Made by a program: the position numbers and the translations under genes. From a virus (Duplodnaviria > Heunggongvirae > Uroviricota > Caudoviricetes): a stretch of 40,004 bases of DNA. The notes under the pieces are model-generated. The model made no database searches and was not told the origin of the DNA. It saw only the letters and a program-made list of their open reading frames with translations. Position 1 is the stretch's first letter, and every line of letters starts with the position of its first letter. Positions 8,525 to 16,901 of this stretch are shown here, piece by piece. The stretch lies in the IMG/VR virus record IMGVR_UViG_2645727669_000017; one strand, given 5' to 3'.

Positions 8525-9217
8525 TTAATTGTGTCGCTTAAGGGTTTGTGACTGACTGATTAAGACCTTTCCAAAGACCATAAACCGATGTTCGTTTTCG
8601 CTGGTAATTCCCCATTCGCGGTAAATCTGATTATCAGAAATTACCAGCAGTTTATCAGGTATCATTTGCAGTCGTTTGACGTAAATTTTATCATCAAAAC
8701 CAAATACATATATACCATCCCCATCAAACTGATTGATACTGATATCAACGAAGATGAGATCTCCTGGCTCAATGGTTGGACACATACTGTCCCCACGAAC
8801 GTTGATAACTTTAATGTGATTTGCTGGTCGTCCACCAAACATCGATACAGCATTATCAGTTCTGTATTCAATGGCATGAATCACATCAATGACATCACCG
8901 CCCTGGATAAGGCCATTTCCCGCACTGGCACTGACATCCAGCATTTCAATACGGAATACATCCTTCACCTGCGCAACATCCTCACTAATACTGTTTTTAC
9001 ATACAGTATTACTTTTGAGGTCTGAGGTAAAGAGATCAGCAATATCAACACCTAAGCTCCTGGCAATATTACTCAGGGCTTGTTCAGTGAATTGTTTCTG
9101 CTTACCTGTTTCGAGGCGCGAGATATTCGCCGCATCCACTCCTATTGCTTCAGCGAGATCGGCGATTTTCATGTTCTTCGCCTGGCGAAGTTGTCTGACT
9201 CGATTTCCTATGTTCAT
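8525..9217 (-). CDS. CI-like prophage repressor (XRE HTH + S24 LexA-type autopeptidase domain)
   Basis: 230-aa ORF; N-terminal HTH (RVRQLRQAKNMKIADLAEAIGVDAANISRLETGK); C-terminal S24 signature (GDSMCPTI...KRL); divergent from the cro-like gene. Confidence 0.9.
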   Translation of the reverse strand: MNIGNRVRQLRQAKNMKIADLAEAIGVDAANISRLETGKQKQFTEQALSNIARSLGVDIADLFTSDLKSNTVCKNSISEDVAQVKDVFRIEMLDVSASAGNGLIQGGDVIDVIHAIEYRTDNAVSMFGGRPANHIKVINVRGDSMCPTIEPGDLIFVDISINQFDGDGIYVFGFDDKIYVKRLQMIPDKLLVISDNQIYREWGITSENEHRFMVFGKVLISQSQTLKRHN

Positions 9218-9237
9218 GCGTTTATTACATTTCTTTA

Positions 9238-9300
9238 TTGCGCGTTAAGCAAATCAACTTGCGCAAAATATTTGCGTGAAATAATATGCTCATCACGCAA
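9238..9300. promoter_or_regulatory. oR region with pR/pRM: operator TTGCGCGTTAAGCAA, palindrome TTGCGCAA and inverted repeat TTGCGTGA...TCACGCAA
   Basis: Same half-site (TTGC/GCAA) as the oL sites; putative pR -35 TTGCGC (9259-9264) and -10 TAATAT (9282-9287), 17-nt spacer, upstream of cro RBS GGAGG. Confidence 0.5.
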
Positions 9301-9314
9301 TATGTGGAGGTTAT

Positions 9315-9575
9315 ATGCAATCACCATTACGGAATGTGCGTAAGGCGCACGGATTTACTTTGCAGCATGTTGCTGCGGGCGTTCAGGTCAATCCAGCGAC
9401 GCTGAGTCGTATTGAAAGACTGGAACAAATTCCATCTATCGAGCTTGCAGAACGTCTGGCCAATTTTTTTAAGGGAGAAATCAGCGAAATGCAGATTCTC
9501 TATCCTGCACGCTTTCAATCTAGTCAAAACCGGAATGAGTTAAAACCACAGGAACAGGAGGTAAGCCGTGGGTAA
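9315..9575 (+). CDS. Cro-like HTH regulator
   Basis: 86-aa ORF with XRE-type HTH (FTLQHVAAGVQVNPATLSRIER); transcribed divergently from the repressor off the oR region. Confidence 0.75.
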   Translation: MQSPLRNVRKAHGFTLQHVAAGVQVNPATLSRIERLEQIPSIELAERLANFFKGEISEMQILYPARFQSSQNRNELKPQEQEVSRG

Positions 9576-10119
9576 GCATCACTGGAAAGTGGAAAAACAG
9601 CCTGAGTGGTACGTGAAAGCTGTCAGAAAAACTATCGCGGTGTTGCCGGGGGGTTACGCTGAAGCTGCTGAGTGGCTGGATGTAACAGAGAACGCTTTAT
9701 TCAACCGCCTTCGTGCCGATGGCGATCAGTTTTTTCCGTTGGGATGGGCAATGGTTTTACAGCGTGCGGCTGGTACTCACCACATTGCGGATGCTGTCGC
9801 ACAGTCTGCTGGTGGGGTGTTTGTATCACTTCCAGAAATTGAGGAAGTAGAGAACGCCGATATAAACCAGCGCCTGCTGGAAGTCATCGAACAGATCGGG
9901 AGTTACTCAAAGCAGATTCGTTCGGCAATCGAAGATGGGGTAGTGGAGCCACACGAGCAGACAGCAATTAATGATGAGTTGTATCTGTCAATTTCGAAGC
10001 TCCAGGAGCATGCAGCACTGGTCTACAAAATCTTCTGCGCTCCAGAAAAGAGTAACGCCCGCGAGTGTGCAGCTCCGGGCGTCGTGGCGTTTTGTGTCTG
10101 TGGAGAAACTAACGCATGA
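9568..10119 (+). CDS. CII-like / YdaT-like phage regulatory protein
   Basis: 183-aa ORF with GTG start immediately downstream of cro, overlapping it; assignment by position and size only. Confidence 0.45.
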   Translation: MGKHHWKVEKQPEWYVKAVRKTIAVLPGGYAEAAEWLDVTENALFNRLRADGDQFFPLGWAMVLQRAAGTHHIADAVAQSAGGVFVSLPEIEEVENADINQRLLEVIEQIGSYSKQIRSAIEDGVVEPHEQTAINDELYLSISKLQEHAALVYKIFCAPEKSNARECAAPGVVAFCVCGETNA

Positions 10120-10444
10120 ACAGTTTAACGGCAAATAACCGTTTGTCGCAACAGCTGGTGGTCAGTGTCGCTGCACACCTGTTGTTACGGCATGAATGCA
10201 GATTACCAAATCACCTGGCTGTAAGTAACCACAGAGAACTTTACCTGACTGTGGGGGGCGAGTTGTGCAGGAACTTAACCGCTGGTTTCGTGACGGAAGA
10301 GGACTTTATGTTCATGTTATTCGTTGGGAGCCAGAAACACAGCGCGTTATCTATCTTCGCAAAGACTACCCGCATGAGTGCTTTAGTCCTTTGTGGAAAT
10401 TCAGGCGTGATTTTGTTGAGTGTGAAGGACCACCAGCATATTGA
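10116..10444 (+). pseudogene. Small gene apparently split by a frameshift at a G6 tract (10253-10258)
   Basis: The frame from ATG 10116 (MNSLTANNRLSQQ...LYLTVGG) and a second open frame (RVVQELNRWFRDGRGLYVHVIRWEPETQRVIYLRKDYPHECFSPLWKFRRDFVECEGPPAY-stop at 10444) meet at GTGGGGGGCG; together ~108 aa. Confidence 0.3.
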
Positions 10445-10718
10445 TTCTGCAATTCCGGGACGTTACACTGTTCAGGCACCTTATAAAGCGGGTGCCGGGA
10501 TTGGCGTCCTGAAATTGTCAACGGCGATGTATGACGCGCCAGCGTCTTTTTTATCGTCCGCATTTGCTCACATCCAGATTATGGTGGGCTGGGCGGGGGC
10601 ACCGAAAGGTGCGCCGGTCTCCGTTGACGCCGGTTACGCCAACCCCGTCCAGTTCACCACCAGTGAAATTGGCGTTTCCGGTGGTGGAAGTTTTTCACTG
10701 TCAACGGAGGCTGCCATC

Positions 10719-11276
10719 ATGGCTACGATCCAAGCCCTCACTCAACCTGAAATCACCATTGACAACGGCCAGGCCGTTACCACTTCTTTGGCTGTTGCCA
10801 ACTTCTTCTCCAAGCGTCACGACGATGTGCTGAAAAAGATCCGCACTCTGGATTGTTCCCCTGAGTTTTGTGCCCGCAATTTTGCGGAGACATCGATTTC
10901 GGTAAATCAACCGAACGGTGGTACACGCAAGCTCCCTTGCTATCAAATCACACGAGACGGTTTTGCGTTTCTTGCTATGGGTTTCACGGGTAAACGTGCT
11001 GCCCGGTTCAAAGAGGCATACATCAATGCCTTTAACCAGATGGAAAAACTGCTTTCAAAGCCATCCACGCTGAGCGATGCCGCAGATAACGCCAGCGTGC
11101 TTTACTCCCACCTGTCGGTAATCCACAAGGTCTGGCTGCAGCAGCTTTATCCTATGTTGGCAAAAGCTGAATCTCCGCTGGCTGTTAGCTTATATGATTA
11201 TATTAATGATGCTTCGGCGCTGGCCTGCCTCATAAATTTGTCGCTGAACCCTTCAGAGGTAAGGGGGCGCAAATGA
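10719..11276 (+). CDS. Rha-family phage regulatory protein
   Basis: Conserved Rha-like N-terminus (ITIDNGQAVTTSLAVANFFSKRHDDVLKKIRTL) starts at internal ATG 10719 with GGAGG RBS; the 386-aa track ORF 10116..11276 is judged composite. Confidence 0.6.
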   Translation: MATIQALTQPEITIDNGQAVTTSLAVANFFSKRHDDVLKKIRTLDCSPEFCARNFAETSISVNQPNGGTRKLPCYQITRDGFAFLAMGFTGKRAARFKEAYINAFNQMEKLLSKPSTLSDAADNASVLYSHLSVIHKVWLQQLYPMLAKAESPLAVSLYDYINDASALACLINLSLNPSEVRGRK

Positions 11277-11497
11277 TCCGGAATATTTTCAAACGGTTTA
11301 CCAATCAGACTTTCCGTTGTCCTCGTCCGGGTCAGTGGTACACCACACCTGCAGGGCATGTTCTACGTGTTAGCCTGGTTGACCGTGAATGTCAGAAGGT
11401 GATTTGTGAACCGCTGGGCCGTAATTACCGCGTCAGTATGCCGCTTATAGCCTTTCGCTCCGGAAAAAACATGAAGCATCTCGGAGGTGCTGCATGA
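11273..11497 (+). CDS. Small hypothetical protein
   Basis: 74-aa ORF with ATGA overlap to the Rha stop and overlapping the next gene start. Confidence 0.35.
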   Translation: MIRNIFKRFTNQTFRCPRPGQWYTTPAGHVLRVSLVDRECQKVICEPLGRNYRVSMPLIAFRSGKNMKHLGGAA

Positions 11498-12312
11498 GTA
11501 TGGAGCTGATGGTTAAAGCGATGAAAATTCGAGTGGGTAATCCATTGCGAAAACTGGTTCTGATCAAGCTGGCTGATAATGCCAGCGATCAGGGGGAGTG
11601 CTGGCCCAGCTACCAGCATATTGCTGACCAGTGCGAGATTAGCAAACGTTCTGTGATGAATCATATTGCGGCCCTTTGTGAGTCCGGGCTGGTAAAAAAA
11701 GTCACCCGGAAAGGTGAAAAAGGTAACTCAAGTAATATCTATCTCCTTCATCTGGATGGTGCAGGAGATTCACTAGGGGGTAGTGCAAATAATTCACTAT
11801 CTGGCGCAGCAAATTCACCAGGTAGTGCAGGAGTTGCACCAGGGGGTAGTGCAGGAGATTCACCCAGAACCAGTCACTCTTTTGAACCAGTCAAAGAACC
11901 AGTCAATGAACCAATAGCTGTTGGTGCATCAGTTGATGAGTCTGTGCGAGTTCGTTCAAACCGACCGGAATACTCTCCGGAGTTTGAGCAGGCATGGCTG
12001 GCATATCCCAAACGTGCTGGTGGCAATTCAAAATCTGCAGCCTTCAAAGCCTGGAAAGCCCGTTTGAATGAGGGGGTAAACCCCGAAACCATGCTGGAAG
12101 GTGTGAAACGCTACGCGGGCTGGGTATCTGCGATGGGTAACAGCGGCACACAATTTGTGAAACAGGCTGTCACGTTCTTTGGTCCGGATCGTCATTTCGA
12201 AGAATCCTGGGAAGTTCCTGCGGTATCTGCAGCCAGACGTGAGGACCCGTACTTCAAAGCCAGTTACGACAACGTGGACTACAGCCAGATCCCGGCAGGA
12301 TTCAGGGGGTGA
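11494..12312 (+). CDS. Replication initiation protein (O-like, N-terminal winged HTH) with internal origin iterons
   Basis: 272-aa ORF; N-terminal HTH (SYQHIADQCEISKRSVMNHIAALCESGLVKK); Gly/Ser/Ala-rich repetitive linker encoded by direct DNA repeats; position after cro/cII. Confidence 0.65.
   Translation: MSMELMVKAMKIRVGNPLRKLVLIKLADNASDQGECWPSYQHIADQCEISKRSVMNHIAALCESGLVKKVTRKGEKGNSSNIYLLHLDGAGDSLGGSANNSLSGAANSPGSAGVAPGGSAGDSPRTSHSFEPVKEPVNEPIAVGASVDESVRVRSNRPEYSPEFEQAWLAYPKRAGGNSKSAAFKAWKARLNEGVNPETMLEGVKRYAGWVSAMGNSGTQFVKQAVTFFGPDRHFEESWEVPAVSAARREDPYFKASYDNVDYSQIPAGFRG
11759..11910. repeat. Iteron-like direct repeats inside the replication gene; candidate ori
   Basis: About four copies of GG(T/G)AGTGCAGGAG(A/T)T(T/G)CAC between 11759 and 11866, followed by three GAACCAGTC repeats (11866-11910). 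Confidence 0.5.
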
Positions 12313-12314
12313 TC

Positions 12315-12803
12315 ATGAGTCTTTTGAATGAAGTTCAGAAATACATTGAAGCCCATCCGGGGTGTACTTCCGGAGACATTGCGGATGCTTTTGCAGGTTA
12401 CTCACGGCAGCGCGTTCTGCAGTATGCAAGCAAGTTACGTCAGAGTGGGCGTGTGGCTCACCGTTGTGAAGGAGATACACGCAGACATTTCCCGCGCCTG
12501 ACTGAGAGAGCGCAGGAGCTGGAACCACAACCAGTTCGTGAAACCAGACCTGTGCGCAATTTCTATGTCGGCACTAACGACCCGCGGGTGATTTTGTGCC
12601 TGACCCGCCAGGCGGAAGAACTGGAGTCAAGGGGCTTATACCGTCGTGCTGCAACCGTGTGGATGGCGGCATTCCGTGAAAGCCACTCCCAGCCAGAACG
12701 AAACAATTTTCTGGCACGTCGTGAGCGGTGCTTACGGAAAAGCAGCAAGCGCGCTGCATCGGGTGAAGAGTGGTATCTGTCAGGGAATTACGTGGGGGCT
12801 TAA
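12315..12803 (+). CDS. PerC-family transcriptional regulator homologue with N-terminal winged-helix region
   Basis: PerC-like motif LESRGLYRRAATVWMAAF...RRERCLRK; ATG 12315 with AGGGGG RBS; TAATG overlap with the next gene. Confidence 0.5.
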   Translation: MSLLNEVQKYIEAHPGCTSGDIADAFAGYSRQRVLQYASKLRQSGRVAHRCEGDTRRHFPRLTERAQELEPQPVRETRPVRNFYVGTNDPRVILCLTRQAEELESRGLYRRAATVWMAAFRESHSQPERNNFLARRERCLRKSSKRAASGEEWYLSGNYVGA

Positions 12804-13456
12804 TGAGTAATAAATATTGCCGGGCGCTGGTGGAACTGCGGAACAAACCAGCCCATGAACTGAAGGAAGTGGGCGATCAGTGGCGCACGCCGGATAACAT
12901 TTTCTGGGGAATTAACACCCTGTTTGGCCCGTTTGTCCTGGATCTGTTTACTGACGGTGATAACGCCAAATGTACCGCGTATTACACGGCGGAAGACAAC
13001 GCGCTGGCGCATGACTGGTCAGAACGTCTTGCGGAGCTTAAAGGTGCTGCCTTTGGTAATCCCCCATACAGCCGCGCCAGTCAGCATGAGGGGCAATACA
13101 TCACCGGCATGCGTTACATCATGAAACATGCCAGTGCCATGCGTGATAAAGGCGGGCGCTATGTTTTCCTGATCAAAGCTGCCACCTGCGAAGTGTGGTG
13201 GCCGGAAGATGCAGATCATATTGCTTTTATTCGCGGGCGTATTGGTTTTGAACTGCCTGCCTGGTTTATCCCGAAAGATGAGAAGCAGGTGCCGACAGGC
13301 GCTTTCTTCGCTGGTGCTATTGCTGTTTTCGACAAGACCTGGAAGGGACCGGCAATCAGCTACATCGGGCGCGATGAACTTGAGGCATGTGGTGAGGCGT
13401 TTCTGGCGCAGGTTCGCCAGCAGGCAGAAAAACTGGTCAGGGAGATGGCGGCATGA
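12803..13456 (+). CDS. Phage DNA N6-adenine methyltransferase (Dam-like)
   Basis: NPPY catalytic motif (GNPPYS) within a ~217-aa product; start from TAATG overlap at 12803. Confidence 0.8.
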   Translation: MSNKYCRALVELRNKPAHELKEVGDQWRTPDNIFWGINTLFGPFVLDLFTDGDNAKCTAYYTAEDNALAHDWSERLAELKGAAFGNPPYSRASQHEGQYITGMRYIMKHASAMRDKGGRYVFLIKAATCEVWWPEDADHIAFIRGRIGFELPAWFIPKDEKQVPTGAFFAGAIAVFDKTWKGPAISYIGRDELEACGEAFLAQVRQQAEKLVREMAA

Positions 13457-13779
13457 CGACGTTAACTCAATGCCAGCAGCAGGTGCTGGATATGCTGATT
13501 TCTTATCAGAAAGAACGTGGCTTCCCGCCAACCAATCAGGAGGTGGCAACCATGCTGGGATACCGTTCAGTGAATGCAGCGGTGGAGCATCTTCGCGCAC
13601 TGGAGAAAAAAGGCGTCATCACGATAAAGCGTGGCGTGGCCCGGGGGATCACGCTTCATACCGCGGTGAAGGACGACGACAGCGAGGCGGTCGGGATTAT
13701 CCGCTCACTGCTTGCCGGTGAGGAAAACGCAAGGCTGCGTGCAACCCACTGGTTACATGAGAGAGGCTTGAAAGCATGA
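13453..13779 (+). CDS. LexA-like DNA-binding-domain protein lacking the S24 protease domain
   Basis: 108-aa ORF; N-terminus (LTQCQQQVLDMLISYQKERGFPPTNQEVATMLGYRSVNAAVEHLRALEKKGVI) parallels the LexA N-terminal winged HTH; no Ser/Lys dyad domain. Confidence 0.6.
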   Translation: MTTLTQCQQQVLDMLISYQKERGFPPTNQEVATMLGYRSVNAAVEHLRALEKKGVITIKRGVARGITLHTAVKDDDSEAVGIIRSLLAGEENARLRATHWLHERGLKA

Positions 13780-14165
13780 AGCTGATCCTGCCTTTTCCGC
13801 CCAGCGTGAACACGTACTGGCGACACCCCAACAAAGGGGCGTTTGCTGGTAAGAGCCTGATAAGCTCGGCGGGGCGAAAATTCCAGAGCGCGGCGTGCGC
13901 AGCAATAGTTGAGCAGTTACGTCGTCTGCCGAAACCAACGTCGGCACCTGCTTCAGTGGAGATCGTGTTGTTTCCTCCGGATAACCGGATCCGCGATCTG
14001 GACAACTATAACAAGGCGCTGTTTGACGCCCTGACCCATGCGGGTGTGTGGGAAGACGACAGTCAGGTGAAAAGAATGCTGGTGGAGTGGGGACCGGTTA
14101 TCCCGAAAGGGAAGGTCGAGATCACTATCAGTAAGTACGAGAAAACGGCGGGTGCAGCCGCCTGA
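13776..14165 (+). CDS. rusA: RusA Holliday junction resolvase
   Basis: 129-aa ORF with RusA-like LPFPPSVNTYWRH and DLDNYNKALFDALT motifs. Confidence 0.85.
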   Translation: MKLILPFPPSVNTYWRHPNKGAFAGKSLISSAGRKFQSAACAAIVEQLRRLPKPTSAPASVEIVLFPPDNRIRDLDNYNKALFDALTHAGVWEDDSQVKRMLVEWGPVIPKGKVEITISKYEKTAGAAA

Positions 14166-14184
14166 TCAAGAGGAGAAACGAAGT

Positions 14185-14994
14185 ATGAATAATCTGATGG
14201 TCATTGATGGTATTGAAGTTCGTCGTGATGCTTATGGGCGTTACAGCCTGAACGATCTGCATCGCGCAGCAGTAGCATCTGGTGCAAATGCCAGAACCAA
14301 GGAGCCGGGAAAGTTTCTTTCCAGCCAACAAACTGTTGAGCTTGTTCATGAATTGACCAACACCCAGAATTTGGGTGTTGACCCGGTGAGTGTGATTCAT
14401 GGGGGAAATGAACGGGGAACGTATGTCTGCAAGGAACTGGTGTATGCCTATGCAATGTGGATCAGCCCGTCATTCCATCTGAAGGTGATCCGTACTTTCG
14501 ATATGGTAACCAGCGCACCGGAAAAATTATCCGGACAGGCTGCTGACAAGATGCAGGCTGGCGTGATCCTGCTGGACTTTATGCGCCGGGAGTTAAACCT
14601 GTCTAACTCTTCAGTGCTTGGTGCCTGTCAGAAACTCCAGGAGGCTGTTGGCTTACCGAATCTGGCACCGCGCTATGCCATTGATGCTCCTGCTGATGCA
14701 CACGATGGCTCAAGTCGCCCGACACTGTCACTGAGTGCACTGCTGAAACAGTATGGTATACGCCTGACGGCTAATCAGGCATATCACCAGATGGTGAAAC
14801 TGGGGATCGTCGAGCAGCGCGAACGATACAGCCGTACCGCGATTAACAACATCAAAAAATTCTGGTCGCTGACAGCGAAAGGCTGCATGTTCGGCAAGAA
14901 CATCACCAGTCCCGCAAATCCGCGCGAGACGCAGCCGCATTTCTTCGAATCCCGATTCTCTGAGCTGTTAAAGCTGCTCGATACCGTTCATTGA
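14185..14994 (+). CDS. KilA-N domain protein
   Basis: N-terminal KilA-N signature (VIHGGNERGTYVCKELVYAYAMWISPSFHLKVIRTF); internal ATG 14185 preceded by AAGAGGAG RBS. Confidence 0.7.
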   Translation: MNNLMVIDGIEVRRDAYGRYSLNDLHRAAVASGANARTKEPGKFLSSQQTVELVHELTNTQNLGVDPVSVIHGGNERGTYVCKELVYAYAMWISPSFHLKVIRTFDMVTSAPEKLSGQAADKMQAGVILLDFMRRELNLSNSSVLGACQKLQEAVGLPNLAPRYAIDAPADAHDGSSRPTLSLSALLKQYGIRLTANQAYHQMVKLGIVEQRERYSRTAINNIKKFWSLTAKGCMFGKNITSPANPRETQPHFFESRFSELLKLLDTVH

Positions 14995-14995
14995 G

Positions 14996-15991
14996 GTGAC
15001 CGTGAGAGCACTACTGACCCCTGAAATTGCCCCGCGTATGGGGATCGTATTGTTCAGGCCAGGTTCAGAGCTGATGCCCCTGTTTATGCAGGGGCGTGTC
15101 CTGCTGGAGCCTGAGCCGGAGCGTTATTCATCTTTCGCCAGTGGTGCCGTTCCGGCGGCATCACAACCGCTGGCGGATGATCCTGCCGTTCGGGCCGTGT
15201 TCCGCAATGAGGCAGTGATCCGTCGTGCTGGTGGCGTGGAATGTCTTGAAAGCTGGTTACTTCGTGAAAAAGGCTGCCAGTGGCCTCATTCCGACTGGCA
15301 CAGCGAGAACATGACCACAATGCGACACGCTCCGGGTGCAATCCGTCTGTGCTGGCACTGCGATAACCAGCTGCGCGATCAGTTCACGGAACGGCTGGAA
15401 TCAATGGCAACGGATAACTGTGCCCGCTGGGTGTTGTCTGTTGTGCGTCGGGATCTCGGTTTTGATGACAGTCACGTTGTGACAATGCCGGAACTGTGCT
15501 GGTGGCTGATTCGTAATGATCTGGCGGATGCCTTACCGGAAAGTGCAGCCCGTAAGGCACTGAGATTACCGAAGCCTGTTGTGCCGTCTGTTACCCGGGA
15601 AAGTGACCTTGTGCCTTCGGTTCCTGCCACCAGCATCATCCAGGATAAGGCGAAAAAGGTGCTGGCGCTGAAAGTGGATCCGGAGTCGCCGGAGTCTTTT
15701 ATGTTACGCCCAAAACGTCGCCGCTGGGTTAATGAAAAGTACACGCGCTGGGTTAAGACACAGCCGTGTGCATGTTGTGGAAAGCCCGCTGATGATCCCC
15801 ACCACCTGATAGGTCACGGTCAGGGTGGAATGGGAACAAAAGCGCATGACCTTTTTGTGTTGCCTTTGTGCAGAAAGCATCACGACGAGCTGCATGCGGA
15901 TACCGTGGCATTTGAAGAGAAGTATGGCTCCCAGCTGGAGCTGATATTTCGTTTTATCGATCGTGCGCTGGCAATTGGCGTGCTGGCCTGA
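14996..15991 (+). CDS. DUF968-like prophage protein with C-terminal HNH-type zinc-finger nuclease motif
   Basis: 331-aa ORF (GTG start); C-terminal [13 protein letters not shown]...HHDELH typical of HNH/DUF968 proteins of lambdoid nin regions. Confidence 0.6.
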   Translation: MTVRALLTPEIAPRMGIVLFRPGSELMPLFMQGRVLLEPEPERYSSFASGAVPAASQPLADDPAVRAVFRNEAVIRRAGGVECLESWLLREKGCQWPHSDWHSENMTTMRHAPGAIRLCWHCDNQLRDQFTERLESMATDNCARWVLSVVRRDLGFDDSHVVTMPELCWWLIRNDLADALPESAARKALRLPKPVVPSVTRESDLVPSVPATSIIQDKAKKVLALKVDPESPESFMLRPKRRRWVNEKYTRWVKTQPCACCGKPADDPHHLIGHGQGGMGTKAHDLFVLPLCRKHHDELHADTVAFEEKYGSQLELIFRFIDRALAIGVLA

Positions 15992-16008
15992 TTTTGTGGA
16001 GAAAGTTG

Positions 16009-16374
16009 ATGCGTGATATTCAAATGGTTCTTGAACGTTGGGGGGCATGGGTGGCAAATAATCACGAGGATGTCACCTGGTCGTCTATTGCTGCAGGATT
16101 TAAAGGACTAATCCCTTCAAAAGTAAAATCCCGCCCGCAATGTTGTGACGATGACGCGATGATCATTTGTGGATGCATGGCTCGCCTGAAAAAGAACAAC
16201 AGCGATTTGCACGATTTATTAGTGGATTATTATGTAGGTGGTATGACTTTTATGGCGCTTGCCCGTAAACATGGGCGTTCTGATTGCTGGGTTGGGCGTT
16301 TATTGCAAAAGGCTGAAGGTGTAGTTGATGGCATGTTAATGATGTTAGAAATTGAGCTAGAGATGGATCGTTAG
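16009..16374 (+). CDS. Late-gene antiterminator Q (short Q family)
   Basis: ~121-aa product from internal ATG ([14 protein letters not shown]...) with Cys-rich zinc-binding core ([16 protein letters not shown]); last gene before the late region. Confidence 0.65.
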   Translation: MRDIQMVLERWGAWVANNHEDVTWSSIAAGFKGLIPSKVKSRPQCCDDDAMIICGCMARLKKNNSDLHDLLVDYYVGGMTFMALARKHGRSDCWVGRLLQKAEGVVDGMLMMLEIELEMDR

Positions 16375-16385
16375 AAGACCTCTTA

Positions 16386-16414
16386 TTGAGGGGGTAATTG
16401 AATCAGTTTAATGT
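16386..16414 (+). promoter_or_regulatory. Candidate late promoter pR'
   Basis: TTGAGG (16386-16391), 17-nt spacer, TAATGT (16409-16414), immediately downstream of the Q stop. Confidence 0.3.
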
Positions 16415-16415
16415 G

Positions 16416-16446
16416 TGGGGAGTCGATTTATTCTCCCCATTTTATT
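16416..16446 (+). terminator. Rho-independent terminator (candidate tR') just downstream of the putative late promoter
   Basis: TGGGGAG (16416-16422), 10-nt loop, CTCCCCA (16433-16439), then a T-rich run. Confidence 0.5.
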
Positions 16447-16454
16447 TAATTTAT

Positions 16455-16901
16455 TTAAGGTTTTAATTCATCAAGACGTTGTTGGATAGTGTTTTTGCTT
16501 GCGTTGTCTGTTATAGACATTTGTTGTACTTGCCCCATTGCCATTTGAGTTTCCATCCACATATCGGCCCACACTTTTGTATCGTTATTAACTTGAGCGA
16601 TAGTAAATCTGACTTTTGATACCGGGGTTGTTGAATAGGCATTGCCGATTAACATTTGTCCAAAAACAGCAGAGCCGCCTTCCAGTTCTTTACCACATAT
16701 AACACTGCTGTTATCCGCGTTGTAAATTATCAACCCTCTACTATTGCAGTAATTCACAAGGGCATCTTTGACTTTATCTTTTGTCGTATTTTGATAAACC
16801 CCCTCAGGTTTTCCTGATTGAGTTTTCTTTATCAATGGTACGGAAGAAGTACAACCTGAAATGATAGTTGCGCTAAGTAATAGTACAGTCATTTTATTCA
16901 T
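16455..16901 (-). CDS. Lipoprotein moron of unknown function, antisense to late transcription between Q and the lysis genes
   Basis: 148-aa ORF with lipoprotein signal peptide and lipobox (LLLSATIISGC); AT-rich; opposite orientation to flanking genes. Confidence 0.6.
   Translation of the reverse strand: MNKMTVLLLSATIISGCTSSVPLIKKTQSGKPEGVYQNTTKDKVKDALVNYCNSRGLIIYNADNSSVICGKELEGGSAVFGQMLIGNAYSTTPVSKVRFTIAQVNNDTKVWADMWMETQMAMGQVQQMSITDNASKNTIQQRLDELKP

Noticed and set aside
10116-11276. 386-aa ORF read as a single protein
   Set aside because: Composite: the conserved Rha-like domain starts at an internal ATG (10719) with its own RBS, and the first ~200 residues are low-complexity. The upstream part is better explained by a separate small gene split at a G6 tract plus an untranslated spacer.
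13019-13600. 193-aa minus-strand ORF spanning the Dam and LexA-like genes
   Set aside because: Overlaps two plus-strand genes with clear motifs (NPPY, LexA HTH); no RBS; Arg/Pro-rich translation typical of a spurious antisense frame.
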